Shown here: positions 12,661-26,209 of the stretch, one piece after another
Numbering within the stretch: the first letter of the stretch is position 1
Layout of the letters: each line of letters starts with the position of its first letter
Assembly: GCF_006345805.1 (NCBI RefSeq)
Contig: NC_042997.1
Coordinates: forward strand, 51,708,001-51,772,000
Direction of reading: 5' to 3'
From: Octopus sinensis
Taxonomy: Eukaryota
Length of the DNA stretch: 64,000 nucleotides
Made by a program: the position numbers and the translations under genes
The notes under the pieces: generated by a model
Database searches by the model: none
The model's input: only the letters and a program-made list of their open reading frames with translations
What the model was told of the DNA's origin: nothing

Positions 12661-15600
12661 GTAAGGTTCTCTCCTACTACTAGAGTAACTATTTCCATTG
12701 CTATTGTTTTGTTCGTTGCTGACTGAAAAATCGATCAAGTGCATCTCGCTTATTTTTTTTTCTCTCTCTCTCTGACAATTAATATCAAGGATGATGTTTA
12801 ATAGGATTTAAGGTTTTACAGATAGTTTATTTCTCTATTTGTTTAAATTTATTCATTGTCTCTCTTTACCATTCTCGATATGATTTGAAATTCATGATAA
12901 TTTTAAGAGAATCGATTGCTTGTTTCTATGTCTTGTAGGTATAACTTTTTTGAATATTAGTGTGAAAAATAGTTTAATGCTTTAAAATTTTTCAAGTGTA
13001 AAATATCACTTAATATTATCCTCCATTTACCACATAATTCATTATCATTGTTGTAATTTGCACAATTCCTTATCGTTGTTACTTGCGCAATTCATTAAAT
13101 TTGGCCATTTGACAATTTAGTAAACAATCGCAACATTCAAAACCTACAAATAGTTATTGATGGAAACAAGTTTCGCAAAATAGATTAGTTGTATAATACT
13201 TGAGACTAATTTCCTATGACTGAAATCATTAGGTTTTTCTTATCTTAACGCATAAACAGAAAATACTTGTGTATATCTCGAGGAAGCTTCTATGGGGGTC
13301 ATCCGTTCTGTTAGAAATAGCAGTCAAATTTCCGTTATGTTCCTTCTTTCATTTTAATGGATGAAAAATAAATGCTAATACTATGCTGAATAAAAGGCTG
13401 GCTAGCCATAGCTAGAACACTTTTAATCAAAGATTTAATTGATCAACTCTGATATGGGGTTAAATAAAATATTTGAAATGCACTATGCGCCTAAACAAGC
13501 CGTATATATATTCTATATGAATTTCATGTGTTTTAGTGTATTTACGTATGTTGATATTTGTTCTGCAGTACTATGGGCCTATGAACAATTTCATTGTCAA
13601 CACTACACTAGAAAGATCCAAGTAATAATCCATTAAAATATTTCTTTGCTTGTGGCTTTTTCCCTCTCCTATCAGAGTAGACTTCTGAATGAGTTTATCA
13701 CTTTCTACTTTGTCTTGAAAACAACCGTTAGTATCCGAGAGGATACACCGTTACATTTTGGCCATTGAAAATAAAGAAAATCATTTCTGATTTCTAAGAG
13801 AGTGAATGAAAGTGGTATTCATATTACAATTATTATTTTAATTTTATTTAGACTACTTACCACAAAATGATTTTTTTTGTTGAAATTTTAATCAGAGGTC
13901 TGGACTCTCAACACGAAAACCTTGCCTTCACCACTTCGTTTCTGGCAACACCCCAAGCAAGAATTGAACTGTCTTGAAATTGATCTTCAATTAATGCAAC
14001 AATAGGTTTAATATGTATTAATAATTACTTCTTCACCCCAATAATTTAGTTATTTTGAATAAATCGTTATTCTTCATCATCGTCTACATTAGAATACTCG
14101 TATAGTTTTAAGTGTTTACATATGAAAAGATGAATGTGAGAGATATTTGACAATCTAATTCTGTAGTTATTTTGTGTTCCAATAAATATAAAATTTAAAT
14201 TAACGAAATAACTTATATGCGTGTTGTGAATGCCTGTTTACATACCACACCTTCATTATCAACTTTATATTTTAAAAAGTCACACAAATATCACAGATTT
14301 TTTTTTTTTTTACAATTTTACATTTTAATTCAAATTTTAAAAAATTATTTAATTTATTTAAATGACATACGTTTAGAACAAAACCAGTGGCAGGGTGTAT
14401 AATATATATGCTGGTGTGTGCATGTATGTTTGTGTATACACGTGTGTGTGTTGTGAAAACTTATACTGTTTACATACCAACATTATGCTAAAACAAAATG
14501 CATAAATGTCCCATAACGCAGATAAATCTTTTTTCTTACTATTTTGTGTTTTGATTTATCTTTTTGAAATTATTTCATGTATTTAAAAATGGTAAACATC
14601 TAGAAAAAAAAAAAAGTTGCGTGCGTGTGTACTCCTTTTAACGTCCAATTCTCTTTGCTTGCAATGCATCAGACGAAACTTTGAGGCATATTTTCTAGGC
14701 ACGGATGCTCTTTCTGTTGCCAATCTTCGCCTGTTTTGAAGGAAGGTGATATTCCCTCTAGTCTATTGAACAACGAACAGCCCAGTCATACTTTCGCTGA
14801 AGATTGTAAACAATAGTGACACTTTATTTACAGTCAACGTGTGCCAAGACAAAATTGTTAATGAATAATTATTTGGTGGGTGTAATAATATCACTAAGAA
14901 TTATTAGGAGTGAGTGTAAGTAACTGTTACATCAATAGCTGAAATAAGACCAGAGGAACTTTCTGTTGGATTGATGAGGAAGCAAAAAATTAAATGCTGA
15001 CCAGTAACACGTAGGTTGCACTGTGATTTGTATAAATACGTCGGATAAAATGAATCAATTTGATATAGGAATACAGATATAAGTCGAATCTTTCCGATGA
15101 AATAGCAATATAACTCAATAAGTTAAATATTTGATAAAGACTACTGTTCAACCTAAAAATTTTGAGCAAGAGACAGAACGAACTAAAAAAAAATTAATGT
15201 GAGAGAAATAAATAAATGTTGCGTGTTGTGAATATCCATGGTATTTACGTACCACGCCTTCATTATAAAAGCATACTAAAAAAATAAACACAAATATCAC
15301 ATGTTAATAGATAGCATATGATGAGATCCCATGCAGATCTATTATATTTACAGACAAAACTTTATCATATCTTACGAATTGCATGTATATGCCAAAATAA
15401 AATTTTAAAGTTTGAAGTCATAAATTCTAATACCACAGGATTGTGAGAGTACATGGGCTTTCCTTATTCTTCAATGAGACTGTCTACATTTGATATTTCA
15501 AGCCAACCATCGCAAGATGGTTTGAAGATTCCTATTTATTGACTGATATGAGCTCTGAACCACAAGTGAAAACAAATGTGGCTAAATTCAGCTGGAAAGG

Positions 15601-16516
15601 GATCATGTTACAGTGTCCTTAAATGTCACATGTTCTCACTCCCACATTAACATTTATTTGGGTGTGTGTGTGTGTGTATATATATAATGCTGAAACCTCC
15701 TTCGGTCATGACTGACCATGGTATTGCATCTAGAAAGTTACCCTCGCAGGCACAAGTCCAGGCAAGGTTGTTTATGGAACTCCACGCCACCAGTGTTATC
15801 CAACGGATAGGCAAAGGCCGATACAGCTTGGCACCTGTGACGTCATAACTCATTTCTACAGCTGAGTGAACTGGAGCAACGTGAAATAAAGTGTCCAAGA
15901 TTCGAACTCACAACCTCATTATCATAAGCTTGACGCTCTAACCACTGAGCCATGCACCTTCTCACACACAGATATATATATATTCAGAAACTCGAGTCCA
16001 TGTGTATCATAAGTTGGAGACGGGAAGGATGGCTTACCTTTGCAAATACTGATAGGGCACAGAAAGTGTGTCTATAGCCAGCTGGAGGAGGTGTCCTTCT
16101 GGGGTTACAAACTACAGTAGCATCCACCCTTAGAGGTTAGCCATATTTAAATGGCAAATATACGTCACAATGTGTTGCAGCTACTGTTTATAACTAGCTC
16201 TAAGATTTATTATTGCTTGTTTACACTTTTTCGATATCAGTGTCTTTACGGTACTGGAAAAAGTATATGTATTTGCGAAGGGAGCTTATTTTTCATTGAC
16301 AACTGTAATTGTCACACGCCGATGATGGGTCAATACTCAGAAACTAGAGTCCATGTATATCATAAGTTGGAGATGGGAAGGATGGCTTCCCTTTGCAAAT
16401 ACTGATAGGGCACAGAAAGTGTGTCTATAGCCTGATGGAGGAGGTGTCCTCCTGGGGCTACAAACTACAGTAGCATCCACCCTTAGGGGTTAGCTATATT
16501 TAAATGGCAAATATAC

Positions 16517-16551
<35 letters not shown>

Positions 16552-19500
16552 AGAGAGAGAGAGAAAATCTGTCCAAATTGGAAGTAGATAATTAACATAA
16601 GTGACATGATTGCAGCAACATGTCTGTAGCAATTCTTGGACTATTATGTGTTTCTTCCAGTTTTTGTCTACTAAATTTCACTCACAAGGCATTGGTTAAC
16701 TTGTGGATATGATAGAACAGCAGAGTTCAATGGGGGCCCACAGAAAAATTTGGGATTTGGAAGGGATAGGGTGGGGTGGGGGCAAGGCTCAATGAAGTGG
16801 GCCACATGACTACTGCATTTCTTAAAATTTACTATTATCTTTAATTCTTTAAAGTTAACACACAAAAGCACATATACATTTTCTATATCCTACTTTATGT
16901 TATGACAGATAAAAAGAGGAAATGAGATTCATTTGACAGTTCAGTAATTATTATTGATGAATAAATAAGTTGGCATTGGGAAGTTTTGTATGAAATAAAT
17001 ATGTTACAGCTTCGAAATTCATACATCCATGACAATCTCTAAGGATGATTGTTGCGTTACTTGAATGATGGGACAGTGTTATGTTTCTGAGTGGTCAGCA
17101 GCTTGACGGCAAAAGTTGTAGTGGCCAAATGTGGCATATTCAAAATTTTAGCTGCCAAATGAGGTAATGAAAGTCAGGGAGAGGGTCATAGCCCAACTAA
17201 TTAGAGAGAGAGTCAGTCTAGATGAAATGCAGTTTGGGTTTGTGCCAGGGAAACGCACTACTGATGCTATATTTCTGGTAAGATAGCTTCAGGAGAAATA
17301 CCTAGCCAACGATAAACCTCTGTACCTAGCTTTTGTTGATATGAAGAAAGGTTTTGACAGGGTTCCCCAATCCCTTATCTGGTGGTCAATGAGGAAAGTA
17401 GGGATAGATTAATGGTTAGTGAGAGCTGTACAAGCCATGTACAGGAATGCTGTCAGTAAGGAAAGGGTTGGCAATGAGTACAGTGAAGAATTCTTCCGGG
17501 TAGGGGTCCACTAAGGATCAGTCCTCAGCCCCCCTCTTATTCATCCTCCAGATTAATAACAGAGGAATTCAAAACAGGATGCTCCTGGAAGCTTCTGTAT
17601 GTTGATGACCTTACTCTAATAGGTGAGTCACTGTCAAAATTAGAGAAGTTTCAGGTGTGGAAGCAAGGTCTAGAATTGAAGGGCCTTAGAGTCAGCCTAG
17701 CAAAAACCAAAGTCCTAATAGATAGGAAGTTAGACAAACCACAAATCTCTTCAGGTAGATGACCCTGCTTAATCTGTAGAAAAAGGCATAGGTAGAAACT
17801 CTATAAGATGTACCTGGTGTAAACTATGGACATATAAGTGGTGCAGCAATATCAAAGGAAGATAGTTTTTGTATGTGGCAAATGTTCAGGAGCAATAAAC
17901 ACTGAAAATGTGAAGAAAACAGCTTCTGTCACATACCAGGGGGTTAAACTACAAGTAGTTGATAGCTTCCGTTACCTAGGTGACCAAGTCAGTAGCGCGG
18001 GTGGATGCTCTGAAAGTGTAGCTGCGAGATTAAAAATAGCCTGGGCAAAGTTCAGAGAGCTCCTACCACTGCTGGTGACAAAGGGCCTCTCGCTCAGAGA
18101 AAAAGGTAGACTGTATGATGCATGTGTGTGAACAGTCATGCTACATGGCAGTGAAACATGGGCCATGACTAAGCTTGCAAGGAATGAACCCAGTATGCTC
18201 CGCTGGATGTGTAATGTCAGTGTGCATACATGACAGAGTGTGAGTGCCCTGAGAGAAAAGTTGAACTTAAGAATAATCAGATGTGGTGTGCAAGAGAGAC
18301 GACTGTGTTGGTATGGTCATGTGGTGAGAATGGATGAGGACAGCTGTGTGAAAAAGTGTCACACACTAGCGGTTGAGGGAACCTGTGGAAGAGGTAGACC
18401 CAGGATGACATGGTGAAGCACAACCTTCAAACATTGGCCTTCACCGAGGCAATGACAAGTGTCCGAGACCTTTGGAGATATGCTGTGTTTGAGAAGACCC
18501 ATCAAGCCAAGTGAGACTAACCATTGCTTATGCCAGTGCAGAATAACCAGCCTATTTAAGAGTACCCCTCAATCATTGGGCAATAAACTGCGCTTGTGAA
18601 GACCTGTTGAGGCAAGTGAAATCATTGTCATGGCTGATGACAGTACCGCTTGATTGGCACCTGTACCAGTGGCACATTAAAAGCACTATTTAAGTGTGAT
18701 CATTCCCAGTGCTGTCTGACTGGCTTCCGTGGCAGTAGCACATAAAAAGCACCATTCGAGCATAGTCGATGCCAGTGCTGGCTGACTGGTCCTGTGCTGG
18801 TGGCACGTAAAAAACACCCACTGCACTCTGAGTGGTTGGCATTAGGAAGGGCATCCAGCTGTAGAAACTTTGCCAGATCGGATTGGAGCCTGGTACAGCC
18901 TTCTGGCTTGCCAGCCCCTGGTCAAACTGTCCAACCCATGACAGCATGGAAAGCAGACGTTAAACGACCACAATGATGAGGATGATGATGAAGCAGCCAG
19001 AAGATATATTTAAGAAGCCAAATTTGTTGAACAAACACCTTCTATGTAAAAAATACAAATGTCTTAATTTGCAAATGTCTATGATGCATATAGATGACAA
19101 CATTAATATATAAAAATGTGTAGAACACTCATATATAAACACACACCTAGTTCTTGTGGTACAATTGGTCAATTTCGAGAAAGAATTCTAAGCATGGAAA
19201 TAAAACCAAGAATTGAAGGGCCATAAAATAAACTCAGCAAAAACTGAAGTTTTAGTAAGCAGTGAAGTATACAGCATTCTGTTAAGTTAGAAACTCCACT
19301 GAGCCCAGGGTAAACAGTGGGTGCACAAGTGCTGTAGTGGGATCACAGGCAGGCAAAAAAAACAGCCTTCATATGTAGCAGGTGTACTGAGGTATTAAAC
19401 AACCAAGAAATAGTGAATAGTTTCTGTTACTTAGGTAACTTAATTAGCAGTAGGGATAGGTGTTCTGAAAGCATAATAACCAGAGTAGGAACAGATTGGT

Positions 19501-22500
19501 AAAAGTTTAGGAAGCTATTACCTCTGCTGGTAATAATAGATCTCTCCCTTAGAGTGAAGGGCAGATTGTATGATACTTCTTATTTCTTTATTGCCCACAA
19601 GGGGCTAAACACAGAGGGGACAAATAAGGACAGACAAAGGGATTAAGTCGACTACATCGACCTCAGTGCATAATTGGTACTTAATTTATCAACCCCAAAA
19701 GGATGAAAGGCAATGTCGACCTTGGTGGAATTTGAACTCAGAACATAACAGCAGACAAAATACCACTAAGTATTTCACCGCCTTTTGTATGATTGTATGA
19801 TACTTCTGCACAGTGGCTGATGCTGCATGGTTGTAAGATGTAGACTTTGAATGCAGAGGTTTTGCAATAAGAGAAGACTATTTGTACATGTCTATGATGC
19901 ATATAGATGACAACATTAATATATAAAAATGTTTAGAACACTCATATATAAACACACACATCATGAGTTTGTTGTATATAGTACTCAGGCACACTACAAC
20001 TCATTCGAAAAAGTTAAAAGATGGGCCAGAATACAGTTATATAAGTCAAGTAATAAAAGATAGAAACACATGTACAACACATAATAAAACACAAAGTCAG
20101 AATAGTGAACAGTAAAACAGTCATAAAGAGATAAAGGTGCAGAGTCGTGTTAGTGGATAGTGTGAAGCATGGAATATTTTATGGATGAAGTGTCCTTACA
20201 ACTAATAACTGATGCAAAAATTTTCCAATGTTTCAACAGTTTTGAACATGTGGATATGTTTCTGAAAGACATGGGTATTGTGCTATTTTTTGAGTTTATA
20301 AGCATGTCCATAAGTGGTAAAGGTATTGAATTCAAAAACCGGCGGCGAGCTGGCAGAAACGTTAGCACACCGGGCGAAATGCTTTGCAGTATTTCATCTG
20401 CGGCTACATTCTGAGTTCAAATTCCGCCGAGGTCGACTTTGCCTTTCATCCTTTCAGGGTTGATTAAATAAGTACCAGTTACGCACTGGGGTTGATATAA
20501 TCAACTTAATCCGTTTGTCTGTCCTTGTTTGTCCCCTCTGTGTTTAGCCCCTTGTGGGCAGTAAAGAAATAGGTATTGAATTCAAAATGAGGTCCAAGTT
20601 TTTAGGAAATATGGTGGATAATTTTGTGGGCTTTTATCAAGTCTGCTGATAGACACTGAAACTTTAGTTTTAAAATTATCTCTATAGATATTCTATAGAA
20701 ACTAGAGCCAGCACTGATTTATTACGATGTTTCATATACAAATACATCCATGTAAACAATGCAATAGAAGATAGAAAAAAAGATAATGGCTGTATATGCA
20801 TATATCAGGAGTTCTTGCTTCTTCTTCACTGCATTCAACCTGTTAACCATCCATGAATACATTGCTTAAACAGCCACCAAATATAGTGGTGTAACATCAT
20901 TGGTTATTCTTATTTTACATACTAAACACATTCCCAGAGAAGTATTGTGACAAAGTATTCATCTGGTTACTCTTTTACTTGTTTCAGTCATTTGACTGCG
21001 GCCATGCTGGAGCACCACCCCTAGTCGAGCAAATCGACCCCGGGACTTATTCTTTGTAAGCCCAGTACTTATTCTATCGGTCTCTTTTGCTGAACTGCTA
21101 AGTGACGGGGACATAAACACACCAGCATCGGTTGTCAAGCAATGCTAGGAGGACAAACACACACACACATACATATATACGACAGGCTTCTTTCAGTTTC
21201 CGTCTACCAAATCCACTCACAAGGCATTGGTCGGCCCGGGGCTATAGCAGAAGACACTTGCCCAAGATGCCATGCAGTGGGACTGAACCCGGAACCATGT
21301 GGTTGGTTAGCAAGCTACTTACCACACAGCCACTCCTGCGCCTGGTTGCACATCTCTGGACAGTTTCCTGTAGATCAATATTCTAAGCGAGATGGGAGTT
21401 CCAGGCTGGAGATGCAAACTAAGTGTGGACATGTTATGGCCATAAATAGCTGATGTGTGACTGATGGAGGTATAACTAAGTGATGCTAAGATATGTTTGG
21501 CCTTTTTGACTATTTTTAAAGTGTGTTTGTGCATGTGTAGGTGTGTGGATGTGGGGCTGGTAAGTGGTCAGTGCTAGTGTGTGCGTGGTGGTGTGATGTA
21601 GTGTGTGGTATGGTGGTGTATGGTGTAGTGGTGTTTGATGTGTTGTGATGGTGTTGAGAGGTGGGGGATGTGAGAGTAGGGAAAGCAAGGGTGGGGAGTG
21701 GGTTAAGCTGAGGGTGGGGTATGTGGGAGTGGGTGTAAGGGATGTGGTGGGGTTGGATTGTGTATGGGTGGGGTGGGGTTATGAGGGAAGGATGATGATG
21801 AACAGGGAAGGGTGAAGGTGGCTAGGAGTGAAGAGAAGAAAGAAGGAGAGTAGGAGTTGGTGTAAGAGAGGAGAGGTGGGTGAGAGGAAGAGGTATGAGG
21901 GGAGATGGGAGGAGGTTAGATGAAGCAGGTAAGAGAGTTGAGCCCATGTGGTGCAAAGGAGTGAAGAGAAGATTAATCTCTATTCATGGCGCAAATGTGA
22001 GTCTGGATGGCCCCTGTGCAAGGACAGTCCGAACACAGACAGTTGTTGCAAAGAGTGACTGGTAGAGCGGAAAGGGCATGAGACCATGGTGTCATTGCCG
22101 AGTCAGTTGTCTTAGAGGTGTTTCGCAAACCGGTCAGCCAAGCAGTGTACCATTTGCCCGATGTATAGAGAAGGGCAGAGAGAGCAGGAGATGTAATAGA
22201 TGACATTGGTAGAAGTGCAGGTGAAGGAGTCAGTGATGTGATAGGGTTGATGATGGGTGCCAGTGAGGAGGGTGGTGTTGAAGAGGTAAGGGCAAGTGTG
22301 GAAGCATGAGCGGAAATAGGGGAACGAGCCAGGTTGGGAGGTTAGGTTAGGGAAGAAGCTGTGGACCAAGAGGTCCTGTAGGTTGTGGGCTTGTTTGAAG
22401 GAGGGGTCGGACTGGAATCGCTGGAAAGCTCGGAGAATGGTGCATTGGTGAGGGGAGATGGCGGGGCAGGTGCAGGGGGAGAGAGTAGATGCACGGTCCA

Positions 22501-23850
22501 CAGAATATGCTCTGGCAAGGGTGGTGTGGATAGTGTCAATGGTGTGTATTTTAGAGAGATTAGAGCGAATGGTGGCACACATGAGACGGTAAGATGTAGT
22601 ATGGAGTATGGGTAAGATGTGGAGAGTGGGGTGGAAATGGAGGCAGAAACCCTTAGGGATGAGGTGGTGATGCAAGCAGCGACTGAGAAATGAAATGTGA
22701 CTACAGAAACGAGTTTCTTTGAAAATTAGTAGGGAAAGGTTAATAGAAGGCTGAAAGCAGTGGAGAGGAATGTGCAAAGGTTGTGTTTTAGATGGTGGTG
22801 GAGGTGGAGGATGAAAGGTTTGTAATCGGGTATGATTGTAAAACGAGAAGAGAAGAGAAAGAAAGGAGAAAAAGGGGGTTGGAGAAAATAAATAAAGACA
22901 GGAGGAAAAATTCAAAAGGTGTGGGGAGAAAAATGTAAAAGGTGTGAGGAGAAAAAGATATATATGAGAGGTGGGAGAAGAAAAGAAAAACAGGGAAAGA
23001 AAGGACGAAGACGGAAGAAACACAGAGAAAAGGGGAGAAGAGGAGAAGAAAGGGAGGGAGAGAGAGGCAAGGTAACAGGTGCGGATTAGAGAAAACAGAG
23101 TAGGAAGAAATGACAATAGGAAAAAGCAGTAAGTACAAAAGTTTAGAAAGTATAAAAAAGTTATGAAAAGTTCAGAAGCTTCCAACATTCTGGTGTACTG
23201 GAGCGATTTTTCATCAACAGAGGAGTCCACTGTAATCCATGGGCAGGAGAGGTGTAACTGAAGTGTAGAAAGTCCAGATAGAGAATCTGTAAAAGTTTGT
23301 TGGGTGATGAGAGGAGACAGGATCAACTGGTGCGACCACATGAGCATGTAATATACGGGGAGAATTCACAAAAAAAACGAGATAAAGACAGGTGGTGTAG
23401 ACAACAAACAGATGTATTACTTTAACACTTGGAAAGTGAAGACGTCTTAACATTTCGAGTGTACACTCTTCCACAGAAAGAAACAAGGAGAGAAAATAAA
23501 GAATGTGTAGTGGCTAGTGATCTATCATGGTGAATGCCAGACAGAGGGGTCACACAGGAGAGCTCGTAAGAAAGGGAGATAATAAAGTAGTGGTGATCAC
23601 AAAATGAAGGTGCGCATGCATGTGTATAAGAGAGTATGTATGTGCATATGGAAGAGGGCTGGTGACCTTGACGTGTGTGTATGTGCAGGTATGTGGATGT
23701 GGGGCTGAGAAGTGTTCAGTGCTAGTGTGTGTGGTTGTGTGGTGTGATGTGATGTGGTGTTGTGGTCTGGTGTGATGGGGTTGGGAGGTGGGGGATGTGA
23801 GAGTGGGAAAAGCAAGGGTGGGGTATATGGGAAGAGAAGTAGGAGATATG

Positions 23851-23881
<31 letters not shown>

Positions 23882-24437
23882 TATATATATATCATATATG
23901 TATATTATATATATAATCATATGTATATCATATATATGTATATATATCATATGATATGTATATAATCATAAGTATATGTATAAATGTCATATATGTGTGT
24001 ATATATATATACTAGCAGTATCGCCCGGCGTTGCTCGGGTTGTAGGGAAATAACTATAAAGCATTTTAGAGAGTTATAGCCAAAAAATGAAAAAAAAATG
24101 ATGGTAAATTTTTTTTTGAGAGTTAAAAAGGTCGAGTTGGTCCCTAGACAGTCTGTGGTTTGTGTTTATGATGTCGCCCATGTCGAATTTATCGATTTTT
24201 TTCAGAACTGGGGAACTTTTCAAAAATTTCGCTGCGTTAGTTTTGAATTATGACATTGGGCTATGTGTGTGTCAAGTTCATCAGAATCGGTGAAAGCCGT
24301 GGTCAGGGTGAGGGTACAAGCAAACAGACACACAGAAACACACACAGACAAAATGCCGTTTATATATAGAGAGATATATATATATATATATATCATATGT
24401 ATATGTATAATATCATAATATATGTATAAATGTCATA

Positions 24438-24490
<53 letters not shown>

Positions 24491-24920
24491 AATGGCAGTT
24501 TGTCTGTGCGTTTTCTGTGTGTCTGTTTTCTCGTACCCTCACTCTGACCACGGCTTTCAACCGATTCTGATGAAACTTGACACACACATAGCCCAATGTC
24601 ATAATTCAAAACTAACGCAGCGAAAATTTTGAAAAGTTCCCCCAGTTCTGAAAAAAATCGATAAATTCGACATGGGGTCGAGAATCAGAAACCCAAACCA
24701 CAGACCGTCTAGGGGACGCAACTTCACCTTTTTTAACTCTCAAAAAAAATTTACCATCATTTTTTTGCTATTTTTTGGCTATAACTCTCTAAAAATGCTT
24801 TATAGTTATTTCCCTTACAAACCTGAGCAACGCCGGGCGATACTGCTAGTATATATATATATATATCATATATGTATATCATAAGTGTATATATAATATA
24901 TATATACATATGTATAAATG

Positions 24921-24962
<42 letters not shown>

Positions 24963-26156
24963 ATATATATATATATCATATATGTATATCATAAGTGTAT
25001 ATATAAATATATATATACATATGTATAAATGTTATATATATATATATATATGTGTGTATATATATATATCATATATATGTATATATTATATATACGTATA
25101 TATATATATCCTATATATACACCTTTTGAGTGTGGTTGTTGCCAGAACCATCTGACTGACCCTCATGCCAGTGGCACATAAAAAGCACGCACTACACTCT
25201 GAGTGGTTGGCGTCAGGAGGGGCATCCAGCAATGGTAACGTTACCAGATCAGATTGAGCCTGGTGCAGCCTCTGGTTCACCAGTCCTCAGTCAAACCATC
25301 CAACCCATGCCAGCATGGAAAGCAGATGTTAAATGATGATGATGATATGTATGTGTGTGTATATGTTTGTGTGTCTGTGTTTGTTCCCCACAACATCGCT
25401 TGACAACCGATGCTGGTGTGTTTATGTCCCCATAACCTAGCGGTTCAGCAAAAGAGACCGATAGAGTAAGACCTGGGTTCGATTCACTTGACAGAAGGCA
25501 CTGCTCCAGTATGGCCGAAGTCAAATGGTTGAAACAAATAAAAGAATATTTTTATATTATTATATATGTGTGTGTGTATATGTTTGTACCCCCCCCCCCA
25601 ATCACTTGGCAACTGATGCTGGTTTACATCCCCGTAACTTACCAGTTTGACAAAAGAGACTGACAGAATAAGTTCTAGGCTTACAAAGTGTAAGTCCTGG
25701 GGTTGATTTGTTCAACTAAAAGTGGTGCTCCAGCATGGCTGCTGTCAAATGACTGAAACAAATAAGAATAAATGAAAAAATATATGCATGTGAGTGTGTG
25801 TGTATATATTGTATATTTATAATATATATTTTATTTATATATAGATATATGTGTGTGTGTATATATATATGTACAATAATAAAAGGGTAAAATTAATTAA
25901 TTATCAATTTTACCAAGTAGTGTTCAGTATGTAAAAAGACCATTTACGGTATATTTAAAACATTACGTTATATAATTAGGGTTCAGTAAAATAATTTACT
26001 TTACCACACACCGAACTTTTAGAAGTTGGGGAGACTTTTCTTATAGTAGAGGAAATAGCTAAAATTTTTTGGCTGCTATTTCTAAAAGTTTGGTGTGTGG
26101 TAAAGTAAATTATTTTACTGAACCCTAATTATATAACGTAATATATATATATATGT

Positions 26157-26209
<53 letters not shown>

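Noticed and set aside
20338-20430. tRNA-like box A/B sequences as tRNA genes
   Set aside because: They are SINE heads followed by SINE core and tail and flanked by TSDs; no complete cloverleaf.
22112-23347. 411-aa Phe/Ser/Leu-rich ORF as a membrane protein
   Set aside because: It is low-complexity pyrimidine-rich sequence of the Penelope-like element read through into its endonuclease remnant.
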